A DNA stretch of 64,000 nt from Squalus acanthias (Eukaryota): contig CM059432.1 of assembly GCA_030390025.1 (NCBI GenBank), forward strand, positions 16,742,001-16,806,000. The letters are read 5' to 3'. The notes beneath the pieces are model-generated. The model did no database searches, was not told the DNA's origin, and was given only the letters and a program-made list of their open reading frames with translations. The translations under genes were made by a program, and so were the position numbers. Positions 1 to 13,035 of this stretch are shown here, one piece after another (position 1 is the stretch's first letter; each line of letters starts with the position of its first letter).

Positions 1-175
1 GTTTTAATAATCAGAAGCTTAACTCAACGTCAAATAGGACGCCGAGGCTGTGAACAGTCTGGTTCAGCCTGCGATAGTGGCCAGGGAGGGGAATGGAATC
101 GATGGCAAAGGAATGGGGTTTGTGGCGGGGTCCGAAGACAATGGCTTCGGTCTTCCCAATGTTCAATAACAGAAG
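1..175 (-). mobile_element. L2-type LINE fragment
   Basis: Similar to the reverse complement of the L2 copy at about 30150-30320 (aagaccgaagccatt motif). Confidence 0.65.
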
Positions 176-439
176 TGGTGGAGCTCCAGCCTCCCAAACA
201 GAATGTACTGCTTACGTTCCAGGCCTGCCCATCTCAGCTAGGTGAGGTCAGTAGTGTCTCAGCCAGGCTGATGCCAGATGGGGCAATCCTATAGATGTTG
301 AGTACAATTTTTTTTTTGGTGGGGGAGGACAGGGGGCTGGTAGAGAAGAAAAGAGTAATTAATGCTGCTGTCCCGAATGGAATGTAACCTATGCTGTTGA
401 AGGAGATGAAAAAGAAAATAGAAGAGACCTGACCACACA

Positions 440-1920
440 TTTCAGTTCTTCTTCACTATGTAAATTGCGCTAGAGGACTGGAGGGTTACCAGTGTAACGC
501 CTCTGTTCATTGGCAGGATAGGCACACCAATGTCAGTGTTCGCGCTCAGGCCAACATCCCAAACATCGAAGCTTTGACCACGCTCGATCAGCTCCGATGG
601 ACGGGCCACATCGTCCGCATGCCCGATACGAGACTCCCAAAACAAGCACTCTACTCGAAGCTCCAACACGGCAAGAGAGCCCCAGATGGGCAGAGGAAAT
701 GCTTCAAGGACACCCTCAAAGCCTCCTTGAAAAAGTGTAACATCCCCACCGACACCTGGGAATCCCTGGCCCAAGACCGCACAAAGTGGAGGAAAAGCAT
801 CCGGGATGGCGCCAAACAACTCGAGTCTCTTGGCCGGGAGCAAGCGCAAACAGCGGAAGGAGCACACGTCAACCCAAGCACCCCACCACCCACCCACCCC
901 TTCAACCACCGTCTGCCCCACCTGTGACAGAGACTGTAGGTCCCGCATTGGACTCATCAGTCACCTGCGAACTCATTTTTAGTGTGGAAGCAAGTCATCC
1001 TCGGTTCCGCCTAAGAGAAGAACAACAACCACCTCTGTTCAAGACAGATCTTGGGGCAGGGAAGGATAAACCAGGTGCCTATAGATCAGCGAGTCTAAAG
1101 TCAGTTGTGGGCAAATTCTTAGAATTCATAATTTGAAATCAGATTAATAACCATTTGGAGATGCACGGGATAATCAAGAGCAACCAGTATCAATTTTTAA
1201 AAAGGCAAGTCTTGTTTGACAAATATAAGACTTTTTGGAAGAAGTGACAGATTGCATGCGTGCAGATATACACACACACACACACATATAGATTTTGAGA
1301 GTACGTTCAATGAGGTTTCTTAGAAAAACTGCAAGTGTGTTATAAAAGGAAACAGGAACAGGAGTAGGCCATTCAGCCCCTCGAACCTGTTCCACCATTC
1401 AATGATATCATTGCTCATCTGTATCTTAACTTCATCCACCTGCCTTGGCTCCATATCCTTTTATACCTTTGTCTAGCAAAAATATGTAGTAGCATGGACA
1501 GAAAGATGGCAGATTAACAGATACGAAATGGTTAATGGGCATTGTCAAATTGAAGGAGGGTTGGAAGTGGTGTACCCCAGGAGTCGGTGCTCAATAATAT
1601 ATAGACGAATGATCTGAACTTGTACATAGAGAGCAGGGTGTAGAAGAAGCCATATAAAAAAGGCCATTAGCATTTTGGATTTTATAAATAGGGTCATAGA
1701 GTACAAGAGCAAACGGATTATGACATTTGGACAAGGCAATGATTTGGCCACAGTTGTACTGTGTGCATTTTTGAGCACTCTGTTATAGAAGGGGCATTAA
1801 AGCCATAAATTCACCAGGATGATACCAGGGAGAAAATATAGTTAGTAGAAAAGCATTGAGATATGAGGACAAGTTTTCTGGAGCAGAGAAGGCTAAGCAA
1901 CTAAGCGAGCAATTGTGCTT
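440..1920 (+). mobile_element. Degraded CR1 LINE, host of the RTE at 510-1031 and of a minus-strand CR1 tail at about 1350-1480
   Basis: DWRVTSVTPLFK...YRSASLKSVVGKFLE motifs continue across the RTE insertion; later GVPQ-like and ILGFINR-like remnants. Confidence 0.7.
510..1031 (+). mobile_element. RTE-clade LINE, 5'-truncated
   Basis: QLRWTGHIVRMPDTRLPKQ C-terminal motif; AAG/AAC tail; TSD cctctgttca at 500-509 and 1032-1041. Confidence 0.9.
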
Positions 1921-2182
1921 AGACAGAAGAGGTACGTAGCGTCAACTGTTCACGACCATTCCAAGTGTCAGAGTTCCATGAGATCATTACTGATCTGATG
2001 TAGCCAGGTTAACCAACCGATTCTAATCCAGAGCAGACCAGTGTCCCTTCCTAACCTCGATTCTAATCTTCAGTGCCTGGTTAACGGGAACTTTACAGCG
2101 TCTATGCTTCAGAGCCATATAAAAGTATTGGAAGGGCGCAGGTCTGATAGATTCATGCGGTCATAGGGATTTTCACCTTTTA

Positions 2183-2880
2183 ACTCGTTCGCTGCTGACC
2201 TCGAAGAAAGCTGCCCACAAAGATCTAGCGATCTCTGTGGCGTGAATTTGAGCTCTCCCGACCTTTGTTTGAATTTGGTGCCAAGTCAAGCAAATCCTAA
2301 GCGTCCAGCAACAGTGATGTCATCAAGCTGGCTAAGCAGCCAATCACATTGAAGAATTCTTACAGACAACAAACCAGGAAGTAAAATGCAGTGATTCGAA
2401 TTTACTTTTAATAAATTTTTACAGAGAGCAAAATAAAGATTGGGACATACACAAGGCTTTAACAAACTTTAAAAAATATTAAAAACTTGTAATTCTTAAT
2501 CATATTAATGGAAAAACTTGACATTCCACAAATATAAATTTAGTTTGTCAGGGCCAGAACGGTTGTTCAGCAGTCAGTACGCTGTTAAAAACCCAGTTAT
2601 ACCTCTTTCAACAAGCTTATAGTTTCAGTTTTTTTTTTTACAGCGATATTCCATCGTAACAGGGGGCATTTTCGTCCTTATATGTGATTTCAACTGATTG
2701 TCGGCTCTGGGGAGTTCCACAGCGCAAACTGTGGTGGAGCAGTGAATGACTGACCGCAAGTTCAGGATTTCCACCTTTATCTGCGAATGCGCTAAATCTT
2801 AAGTTGCAGTCAGTTTCAGAGGAGTAATGACAGCGAACATCAACAGTTTCACCATCATTATGACCGCAAAATCTGGGCCC
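2183..2880. mobile_element. Harbinger-like MITE, left end lost
   Basis: Right terminus tgaccgcaaaatctgggccc; body aligns with 25527-26225. Confidence 0.65.
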
Positions 2881-2949
2881 TTAACGTTTGCTCTGACACA
2901 CCAGACTTTTGTCTTGCCCCAAAAAAACAGTAGCCTAATGGTGGCTGCC

Positions 2950-3650
2950 TCACAGTGAAAGCTCTCCAATGCGTGCGAGATTGCTCGTGTTCTGACTTCA
3001 GGTAATATTTTCAGAGCTGCAAATGAGGATCCAATCCACTGCATGACAAAATAGGGTTGGAATCAGAATGCATCTCTGCCTTCCTCCCTTGCTTGTGGTA
3101 TTTCAGTCAGAGGACGATATCTGCGGCTTCTCAGATAACTGTGCTTATGGCTGTCCAGGCTGATTCTACCTCGTCTGGTGGAGTACCAAGTGCATCAAAC
3201 TTGTTTGCACTGAGAGAGTATTTGTTGGCAAGTTCTGACTTCTCAGACACAGTGTGTGTCATGTGCCATATAAGGTACACTCAGGTTGAAATTGAGAGGT
3301 AATTGTTATTCTTGCAACAAGGAAGTTGTGATGAGTATTGGCTGGTGCTTCTGTGCCTCGAAAACTCCGGTATGATTTAACTGTGTTGCAATCCCGGACC
3401 AATATATGGTCCAGCTCCTTCCTCGTCTGACCGTCACTGGACATCCAGGTTGTCTGATGGCTGTCACAGTGTCTGAACCAAATACCTGTGATAGTAATGT
3501 TATATGATGCACAGAAGGAGAGAAATCTCAGAGTTATTGTTCCGGAGGCAAATGGGCCAAGAATAGTTTCGAAGCCACTTCTGGACAGCCTGGTGTGGCA
3601 GTCATGTCTCTAAGTATGACCAGCAAATTGACATTTTTATACACATTTGT
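2950..3650 (-). mobile_element. Old RTE-like LINE endonuclease fragment
   Basis: SSDGQTRKELDHILVRD...NTHHNFLVARI resembles the AP-endonuclease C-terminal motifs. Confidence 0.6.
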
Positions 3651-3799
3651 AGTCCATGCTCATATGATAGGGATAGCAAAATGTTATCCAACGAATATTT
3701 CATTTACTGAGAACAATCAAGCATGTAGAACAACTGTGTTGGTGGATATCCAATTTACTGACAACACTGATGTGCGTTATTCCCAGTACAGTAAATCTC

Positions 3800-4540
3800 G
3801 TTTAATTTAACTGCTTTATCTAAATCTGGGATTAGTGGAGCGTTCTTTGGGGAACACTTTAGAACAGTGTCTTTTGCATTCATTGTCTGCTAATGTCATA
3901 CTCCAGTGCTTATTTTCTTGAAAAACCAGTAACTCCAGGTTTGTCAAAGCAAAAAGATTTACTAGTTTTTTTACAGATCAGAGCTTGTTCAATGCTGAAC
4001 GGGGTATCGTAGTTCTAAGAAAATTACAACCGATCTTCATTTTATGGGATCCTCACATTTGCTTTTAGCATAACTAATAGCTTCATGGTTCAGTGATCTG
4101 ATTGATACACCAATTTGTGTTTTTCTGCACGCTTGATTGTTCTCAGTAAATGAAATATTCCCTGAATTTCAGGATTTTTCTTGGAGCATTTTGCCTGTAT
4201 CAAAATAGTTCTCCAGCTCTTTATTCAGCATTATGTCTGCTTCCGATATCAGAGCCTGTGTTATCCATATTGTTTTATAATTACTAATTCAGCTGTGTCA
4301 CCAAGGAATTGGCCTGTTTCTTCAGCTCCTATTCCAAGTCAGAATACTTCAATTGAAGTTTGTAAGTACCTACTGCCAGACAAATTCAATTACAATTTCT
4401 ATATAATGGCTGCAAAACATGTTGCACTATTCTTGATGCTGGTATCCCATAACTGCTGTCTTAAATCCTTCATTCTGACATTCTAATTAACCTGACAAAT
4501 TTTGCACTGACAGCTTAATCCTGGTTTGCGAGGGTATAGT
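3800..4540 (-). mobile_element. Highly degraded LINE RT fragment, probably RTE-like
   Basis: Frameshifted RT-like remnants; partial inverted copy at 3693-3760. Confidence 0.4.
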
Positions 4541-5269
4541 ATACCATATTGCCATTAAATACAAATGCATTAAAGCTCAGTCATAGAGGCACCCTCAGCA
4601 TTTTTAAACTCTGAAGGCCTGTTATGTAAATTCTTTCCATTTTGTCCTCTCCTTTCCTGGCATCAGTGACTCATAAAGGAATGCTTTTTACAGATGTGAG
4701 TAACCCTGATGGGAGCGGAAGGGAAGAGGAGGGGTATCACATCCAACACTGATCCTGTCATCACTCAATATGTTCTTCTGTGCACTTCCTAGCAAGAGTC
4801 ACAGGACAGAATCAAAAACAGGAACCCTGGCTGTTTTTTCCTCTTCCCTACTCCAGGAGTGACAAAATATACTGTTACTGCTACTGCCAACCCAGGTCTC
4901 ATTAACTAATTTGGTACAGTCCAGCAACAAACCAGAGACTTTCCTGCTTTGGAATGACTCAGTGCCACACTGAGCAGAACCATTGGGCTACCTTAAATTC
5001 ACATTCAATTTAAGTTTCCATCTATCAGTAAACCTTCACAGTACAAACTTATTTATTTGGATTCAGCTCGGTATAAATTCTTCCTTATGCAGAGTGAAGG
5101 GAAAACTCATTGTATATATCACTTCCATACTGGGCTAACATTACTGTTATTAAATTGCCAATTTTGTGCTGATGCAAACTGGTTTGAGGGATGCAACAAT
5201 ATAAGAAAGTGGCAGCGTAACCCAGGTCACCCAGTGCACAAAAACCATGAGATGCAAAATAAGTGTCAT

Positions 5270-7125
5270 TAAAATTTTAAACTCATTTACTTCTTTGATG
5301 AATTAATGGAGAGGGTTGATGAGGTTAGTGTGGTTGATGTATATATGGACTTTCAAAAGGCGTTTGACAAAGTACCACATAATAGACTTGCTAGCAAAAT
5401 TAAAGCCCATGGGATGAAAGGGACAGTGGCAGTGAGGATACAAAATTGACTAAGAGACAGAAAGCAGAGAGTAATGGTGAACAGTTGTTTCAGACTGGAG
5501 GGAAGTATACAGTGGTGTTCCCCAGTGTCGGTATTGCGACAACTGCTCTTCTTGATACATTTTAATGACCTGGACTTGGGTGTACAGGGCATAATTTCAA
5601 AGCTTGCAGATGACATGAAACTCAGAAATGTAGTGAACAATGAGGACGACAGACTTCAGGAGGACGTAGACAGACTGGTGAAATGGGCAGACACATGTCA
5701 GATGAAATGCAACGCTGAGAAGTGATACATTTTAGTAGGAAGAATAAGGAGGCAATATAAACTAAACGGTACAATTTTAAAGAGGGTGCAGAAACAGAGA
5801 GACCTGTGGTGTATGTACACAAATCTTTGAAGGTGGCTTGACAAGTTGAGAAGGCCATTAAAAAAGCACATGGGATCCTTGGCTTTAATAAGAGGCACGG
5901 AATACAAAAGCAAGGAAGTTATGCTAAACCTTTGTAAAACACTGGTTAGGCCTCCACTGGAGTATTATGGCCAGTTCTGGTAACCACACTTTTGGAAGGA
6001 TGTCAAGGCCTTAGAGAGGGTGCAGAAGAGATTTACTAGAATGGCATCAGGGATCAGGACTACAGTTATGTAGAGAGACCAGAGAAGCTGGGGTTGTTCT
6101 CCTTGGAGCAGAGAAGGTTAATAGGTACAGGAGTAGGCCATTCAGCCCCTCGAGCCTGCTCTGCCATTCAGTGAGATCATAGCTGATCTGCAAACTAACT
6201 CCATTTGGCCCATATCCCTTAATACCTTTGGTTAACAGAAAGCTATCAATCTCCGATTTAAAATTAACAATTGATCTAGCATCAATTGCCATTTGCAGAA
6301 GAGAGTTTCAAACTTCTATCACCCTTTGTGTGTAGAAGTGTTTCCTAATTTCACTCCTGAAAGGTCTGGCTCGAATTTTTAGTTTATGCCCCCTCGTCCT
6401 AGACTCCCCAACCAGCGGAAATAGTTTCTCTCTATCTACCCTATCTGTTTCCTCTTAATATCTGGAAAACTTCGATCAGATCACCCCTTAACCTTCTAAA
6501 TTCTAGGGAATACAACCCTAATTTTTGTAATCTCTCCTCATAGCTTAACCCTTGAAGTCCGGGTATCATTCTGGTAAACCTACGATGCACTCCATGGCCA
6601 ATATATCCTTCCTATGGTGTGGTGCCCAGAACTGCTCACAGTACTCCAGGTGTGGTCTGACCAGGGTTTGGTATAGCTGCAGCATAACTTCTACCCCCTT
6701 ATATTCTAGTCCTCTAGATATAAAGGCCAGCATCCCATTAGACTTTTTGATTATTTTATGTTTATGATAAGAGTTATTCAAAATTATGAACGGTTTTGAT
6801 AGAGTAAATAAGGAGAAATTGTTTCCCGTGGCATAATGGTTGGTAACCAGAGGACACAGATTTAAAGTGATAGTCAAAAAACTAGAAGTGACATGAGGAA
6901 AAAGAAATTTAAGCAGTGGTGATCTGGAATGCACTGCCTGAAAGGGTGGTGGAAGCAGATTCAATAATAACTTTTCAAAAGGGAATTGGATACATACTTG
7001 AAGGGAAAAAAACTACAGGGCTCTGGGGACAAAGCCGGAGAGTGGGACTAATTGGATAGCTCTTTCACAGGCACGATGGGCCAAATGGCCTCCTTCTGTG
7101 CTGTATTATTCTATGATTCTATGAT
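5270..7125 (+). mobile_element. CR1 LINE 3' part, interrupted by an inverted CR1
   Basis: FNDLDLGVQGIISKLADDMKL RT motif; sequence resumes at about 6770; attctatg tail at about 7108-7125. Confidence 0.88.
6121..6765 (-). mobile_element. CR1 LINE 3' end nested in a CR1
   Basis: LYQTLVRPHLEYCEQFWAPH motif and CR1 3'UTR on the minus strand. Confidence 0.88.
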
Positions 7126-7519
7126 AAATTCGTGGTTTTTATTGGGTAACGGATCAGTAAAAGCACTTTCATCCCAAATTTAAAAAAAAGGTTTTCCTTT
7201 TTTTTTTAAAGTCACAGGTCCAGAGATGTATGCCAATTGCAGCTGTGATGCCAGCATGTACACTGTACATGCCGTGTTGGCATTATGATGCGATGTTTGC
7301 ACATCTGTGGACCCTGTTCTCTAGAGAACAAGTAATGGAGAATATGGAAATAAAACATCTAACATTTGAACAAGTGGACAGCTCCAATTTCCACATTTTG
7401 AGCCACGAAAGTTGCAGTCTTATGATTGGTTGTACACAAGCTGCGTTGTGATAAATACCAATGGTACAGTTGTAGTTAGAAAACTGGATTTCAAAATTGA
7501 CTTTGAATTTAATGGATGG

Positions 7520-9062
7520 ATTGCATCCACGCATTTTAAAAGAATCTAGGGAAGAGTAGCAGAGGCATTACTACACATATTTAATAATTCGTTAGAAAAA
7601 GGTGCAGGGCCAGAGGACTGGCGGATAGCTAACGTAATACCTATATTTAAGAAGGGGGATAGAACATGTCCCGGGAATTATAGACCAGTCAGCTTAACAT
7701 CGGTGGTAGGAAAAATAACAGAATCCTACTAAAGGAGAGAATAGAAGAACATCTAGAAACAAAAAGTATAATAATGAATAGTCAGCATGGATTTCAAAAG
7801 GGAAAATCTTGCTTGACCAACCTTATTGAATTTTTTGAAGAGGTAACAGAGAGAGTAGACAATGGTAATGCAGTAGATGTAATTTATCTGGATTTTCAAA
7901 AGGCCTTCAAATAAGGTACCCCATAATAGACTGATGAACAAGGTCAGAGAATGCGTTGTCAGGGGACAAGTAGCAGAATGGATTGCTGGCTGGCTTCAAG
8001 ACAGAAAGCAGAGAGTGGGAGTAAAGGGTAGCTATTCACAGTGGCAGAAGGTGGGTAGTGGTGTTCCACAAGGATCAGTGCTGGGACCACTGCTGTACAC
8101 AATTTACATTAACGATTTAGACTTTGGAATCAAAAACACAATTTCTAAATTTGCGGATGTTACCAAATTGGGGGGAAATAGTCAATACTGAAGAGGACTG
8201 CAACAAATTACAGGAGGACATTAATAAACTTGCAAACTGGGCAAATAATTGGCAAATGAAGTTCAACACAGACAAATGTGAGGTATTACATTTTGGTAGG
8301 AAGAATAGGGAGGTCACATCACTTGGAGGGTGCAAGTCTGGGTGGGGTAGAGGAACAAAGGGATCTCAGAGTACAAATACACAAATCACAAAGTTGCACC
8401 ACAGGTTAGCAAGGCCATTAAAGATGCAAACCAAGCACTAGGGATAGAATCGAAAAGTAGGGAACTTATGCTAAACCTGTATCAAACCTTGGTTAGACCA
8501 CACTTGGAGTACTGTGTACAGTTCTGGTCACCATATTATAAAAAGGATATGGAGGCACTGGAGAGGGTGCAGAGAAGATTTACAAGGATGATACCAGAAA
8601 TGCGAGGGTATACATATCAGGAAAGGATGAACAGGCTGGGTCTCTTTTCTCTTGAAAAAAAGGCTGAGGGGTGACCTAATAGAGGTCTATAAAATTATGA
8701 AAGGTTTTGATAGAGTGGATACAGAGAGAATGTTTCCACTTGTGGGGAAGAGCATAACTAGAGGCCATCAACATAAGATAGTCACCAAGAAAGCCAATAG
8801 GGAATTCAGAAGAAACTTGCTTACCTAAAGAGTGGTGAGAATATGGAACTTGCTACCACAGGAAATGGTCGAAGCGAATAGTACAGATTCATTTAAGGGG
8901 ACGCTGGACAAACATATGAGGGAGAAGAGAATAGAGGGTTATGCTGATAGGTTTAGATGAGGAAAGATGGGAGGAGGCTCAAGTGGAGCATAAACACCGG
9001 CATGGACTGGTTGGGCCGAATGGCCTGTTTCTGTGCCGTATATCCTATGTAATCTTATGTAA
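7520..9062 (+). mobile_element. CR1 LINE, RT to 3' end, frameshifted
   Basis: GVPQGSVLGPLLYTIYINDLD and LVRPHLEYCVQFWSP motifs; ctatgtaat tail. Confidence 0.92.
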
Positions 9063-10127
9063 CAGAATGCTGTCTGTTATGCTGCATTTCTGTCCTGGTA
9101 CTACAGATATTGGACATCAAGTTATTCAGTGTAATCCGTCTTCCAATTACTCCTGGAAGAAAGTACACAGGATGCTTTTTAAGTAGAAATTTATTTAGAC
9201 ATTTAATATTCATGCCCAATATATAAGAAGCTTTCCCATCCAACAGAATTTAAAAAAAACCCTAAGCCAGACCCTAGGCAGGTTAAAGAAGGCACATCCT
9301 AATAGAAGGACTTGTCACCAAAAAATATTGTATCAGGATTATCTCCTGTAATATCTCGTTACCCTAGTTGGTCTGGTCTGCATATGTAGTTGGCTCTTAA
9401 TGCCCTGTGGATGGGCCATATATTTTACTTTGACAGCATGTCCCTCATTTCAAGAACTTATAAATACATCAGGCTGAGAATTTATTAAATCATCAAGTAA
9501 CAGATTCATACACCCTGGCCAATTACAATGAACTTAGAAATGCTATGAAAACATGTGCTGCATGCAACTGCTGTAAAAAGATTGTTCTGCATATAGAATA
9601 ATAGTGAACCTAATTGTAAGTGGAAAATATTTTATTTTCACTCTAAAATTACATGGATTGATATAAATGTAGTCCACAGATCATGAACTAATTTTCATCC
9701 AGGTGAACTCAAATTGTTTTTCCAGTACTAAGATTTAATTAACAGTCCAATGATGGGCCACCATCATTATAAGTCTATCTGTGGAACATAAACACATAAA
9801 CTGTGGATGGAACCCAATCAGTTAAAAAAATCTCAGAACCTAAGACAGAATATCAAGAACTCACTGCTTGCTTAGCTCTTATAAGCTGTGACTAGAGGCA
9901 CAAGTATTATAGTTCTATAGCTGAGCCTTGCAGGAGTGTTACAATTGGCTTTAGCATCCTGGGTTAGGGAGGAAAAGGTTGGTGAGCAATAACTATTACC
10001 AGTAATTCATAGTAACTAACCAGTGATCCATGTTGGAAATGTGCATGTGTGGATGTTGGGCGAAGATCAGGATGTTCCTGCAGTCAATTAGCCCGCTGAC
10101 ACTCACCAGCTAGACATGAATATGAAG

Positions 10128-11269
10128 GCCATCCGACAACTGAAGAACAACCTTCCTCTTCTTCTTCTTAGGCAGTCCCTCGGAACCGAGGATGACTTGC
10201 TTCCACATTAAAAATGAGTTCGCAGGTGACTGATGAGTCCAATGCGGGACCTACAGTCTCTGTCACAGGTGGGGCAGACGCTGGTTGAAGGGGCAGGGGA
10301 GTGGGGTGCTTGGGTTGACGTGTGCTCCTTGCGCTTGGCTTCCGCTTGCTCCTGGCGAAGAGACTTGAGCTATTCGGCGCCTTCCCGGATGCTTCTCCTC
10401 CACTCTGCGCGGTCTTGGGCCAGGGATTCCCAGGTGTTGGTGGGGATGTTACACTTTTTCAAGGAGGCTTTGAGGGTGTCCTTGAAGCGTTTCCTCTGCC
10501 CACCTGGGGCTCTCTTGCCGTGCCGGAGCTCCAAGTAGAGCGCTTGTTTTGGGAGTCTCGTATCGGGCATGCGGACGATGTGACCCGTCCATCGGAGCTG
10601 ATGGCTCAGGAGCAGATGGAATCCCTGCCGAGGCACTAAAGCATGGCGGAGAAGCACTACTGGCACGAATTCATTAACTCATTTCTCTTATTTGGAAGGA
10701 GGAGAGCATGCCAGGGGATCTCAGAGACGCCGTAATTGTGACCATCTTCAAGAAAGGTGACAAGTCCAATTGCGGTTATTACAGAGGAGTTTCCCTGCTG
10801 TCTGCATCGAAGCTTTGACCACGCTCGATCAGCTCCAATGGACGGGTCACATTGTCTGCATGCCCGATACGAGACTCCCAAAACAAGCGCTCTACTCGGA
10901 GCTCGACACGGCAAGAGAGCCCTAGGTGGGCAGAGGAAACGCTTCGAGGACACCCTCAAAGCCTCCTTGAAAAAGTGCAACATCCCCACCGACACCTGGG
11001 AATCCCTGGCCCAAGACCGCACAAAGTGGAGGAGAAGCATCCGGGAAGGCACCGAATACCTCGAGTCTCTTCGCCGGGAACAAGTGGAAGCCAAGCGCAA
11101 ACAGCGCACGTCAACCCAAGCACCCCACCCACCCGTCCCTTCAACCACCGTCTGCCCCACCTATGACAGAGACTGTAGGTCCCACATTGGACTCATCAGT
11201 CACCTGAGAACTCAGCTTTAATGTGGAAGCAAGTCATCCTCGGTTCCAGAGGACTGCCTAAGAGAAGAG
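10128..11269 (+). mobile_element. Composite RTE insertion: plus-strand internally deleted copy containing an inverted 3' end at 10152-10601
   Basis: KAIRQLKNN and SGADGIPAEALKHGG are split by a minus-strand RTE 3' end; jump to the 3' region at about 10805; flanking atatgaag at 10120-10127 and 11270-11277. Confidence 0.85.
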
Positions 11270-12051
11270 ATATGAAGAATGGTTACTTCAGCAAGGTATA
11301 AGAGTGCAAACTGCACTCTTTAAACTGTGCTCCAAAAAAGAGTCAAAACCTTCAGAAAGGGAAAGTGTGAAAGCTAGAAAATTGCAGGAAAAAAAATCCT
11401 ATGTGTAATCCAGTGTATGCAATAAGCTGCTTTGAAGGCTGTTCAACAGGATTATTCAAGACACCAGTGCTACCATTTAGGCTTTCTCCAACACATTTTC
11501 ATGTAAGCAGCTTGAAGATGGAAACTGTCATCAAGCTAGGCCACTTTATATTGAACTAATGATCAAATTTACTCAACATTAAAAATTATTCACAAAAACA
11601 AAAACATAGGCCAAATAATGAATAACACAATACTTGTATAAGAGAACTGGATTTATATATCGGCGATGCCACTTGAAATTTGGCTACTGCTAGCTGTTTT
11701 CCCAGTCTGGTATGCAAAGTGCCACATCAAAGTCACAGTTCCTATGGAAATAAGTTTGGATTTCAAACCAAATAGCAATCACCTAATACAGACTACTTAT
11801 TCTGTTCTAAAAATCTATCAAATTAAGGTAAAGTGAACACATGTAAACAACTGGGGTCTTGCACTTGGGGTTGTTCAGGAAACCATTCCTCAATTTGATA
11901 AGCTTGGGTCAACTGTGGAAGGCACTTTTTCTTATTCTATAGTTCAATTGTCAACCTCAAAGAATACACGAGGTATATCCCAAGCAGCATGCTCCCAGGA
12001 CCCCATTTCCACATTGGTATCACTGTACAACAGCTTGCATGAAGATGGCTC

Positions 12052-13035
12052 TTAGAAACATAGAAGATAGGAGCAGGAGTAGGCCATTCGGCCCCTCGAG
12101 CCTGCTCCGCCATTCGATGAGATCATGGCTGATCATCTAAACTCAGTACCCTGTACCTGCCTTCTCCCCATATCCCTTGATACCTTTAGCTTTAAGAAAT
12201 ATATCTAACTCAACCTTGAATATATTTAATGACTTCGCCTCAACTACCTTCTGTGGTAGAGAATTCCACAGGTTCACCACTCTCTGGGTGAAGAAATTCT
12301 TCCTCATTTCTGTCCTAAATGGTTTACCCGTTATCCGTAGATTATGACCCCTGGTTCTGGACTCTCCGACCATCGGGAACATTCTTCCTGCATCTAGTTT
12401 GTCCAGACCTGTCAGAATTTTATATGTTTCGATGAGATCCCCTCTCATTCTTCTATACTCCAGTGAGTATAAGCCCAATCGACCCAATCTCTCCTCATAT
12501 GTCATTCCTGCCATCCCAGGTATCAGCCTTGTGAATCTTCGCTGAACTCCTTCCATGGCAAGAACATCCTTCCTCAGATAAGGCGACCAAAACTGCACAC
12601 AGTACTCAAGGTGTGGTCTCACCAAGGCCCTGTACAACTGCAGCAGGACATCCCTGTTCCTATACTCAAACCCTTTCGCTATGAAGGCCAACATACCATT
12701 TGCCTTCTTCACCGCCTGCTGCACCTGCATGCTTACTTTCAGCGACTGGTGCACAAGGACACCCAGGTCTCGTTGCACTTCCCCTTCTCCCAATCTATTG
12801 CCATTCAGATAATAGTCTGCCTTTCTGTTTTTGACACCAAAGTGGATAACCTCGCACTTATCCACGTTATATTGCATCTGCCACGCTTCTGCCCACTCAC
12901 CCAACCTGTCCAGATCATCCTGGAGTTTCTCGCTATCCTCCTCGCTGCACACACTCCCACCCAGCTTTGTGTCATCTGCAAACTTGGAGATATTACATTT
13001 AATTCCGTTATCTAGATCATTAATGTATCTTGTGT
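12052..13035 (-). mobile_element. Young CR1 LINE 3' end with uninterrupted ORF2 C-terminus
   Basis: ORF 12143-13063 is open for about 300 codons (YINDLD, KFADDTKL, LVRPHLEYCVQFWSP); CR1 3'UTR follows. Confidence 0.95.
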
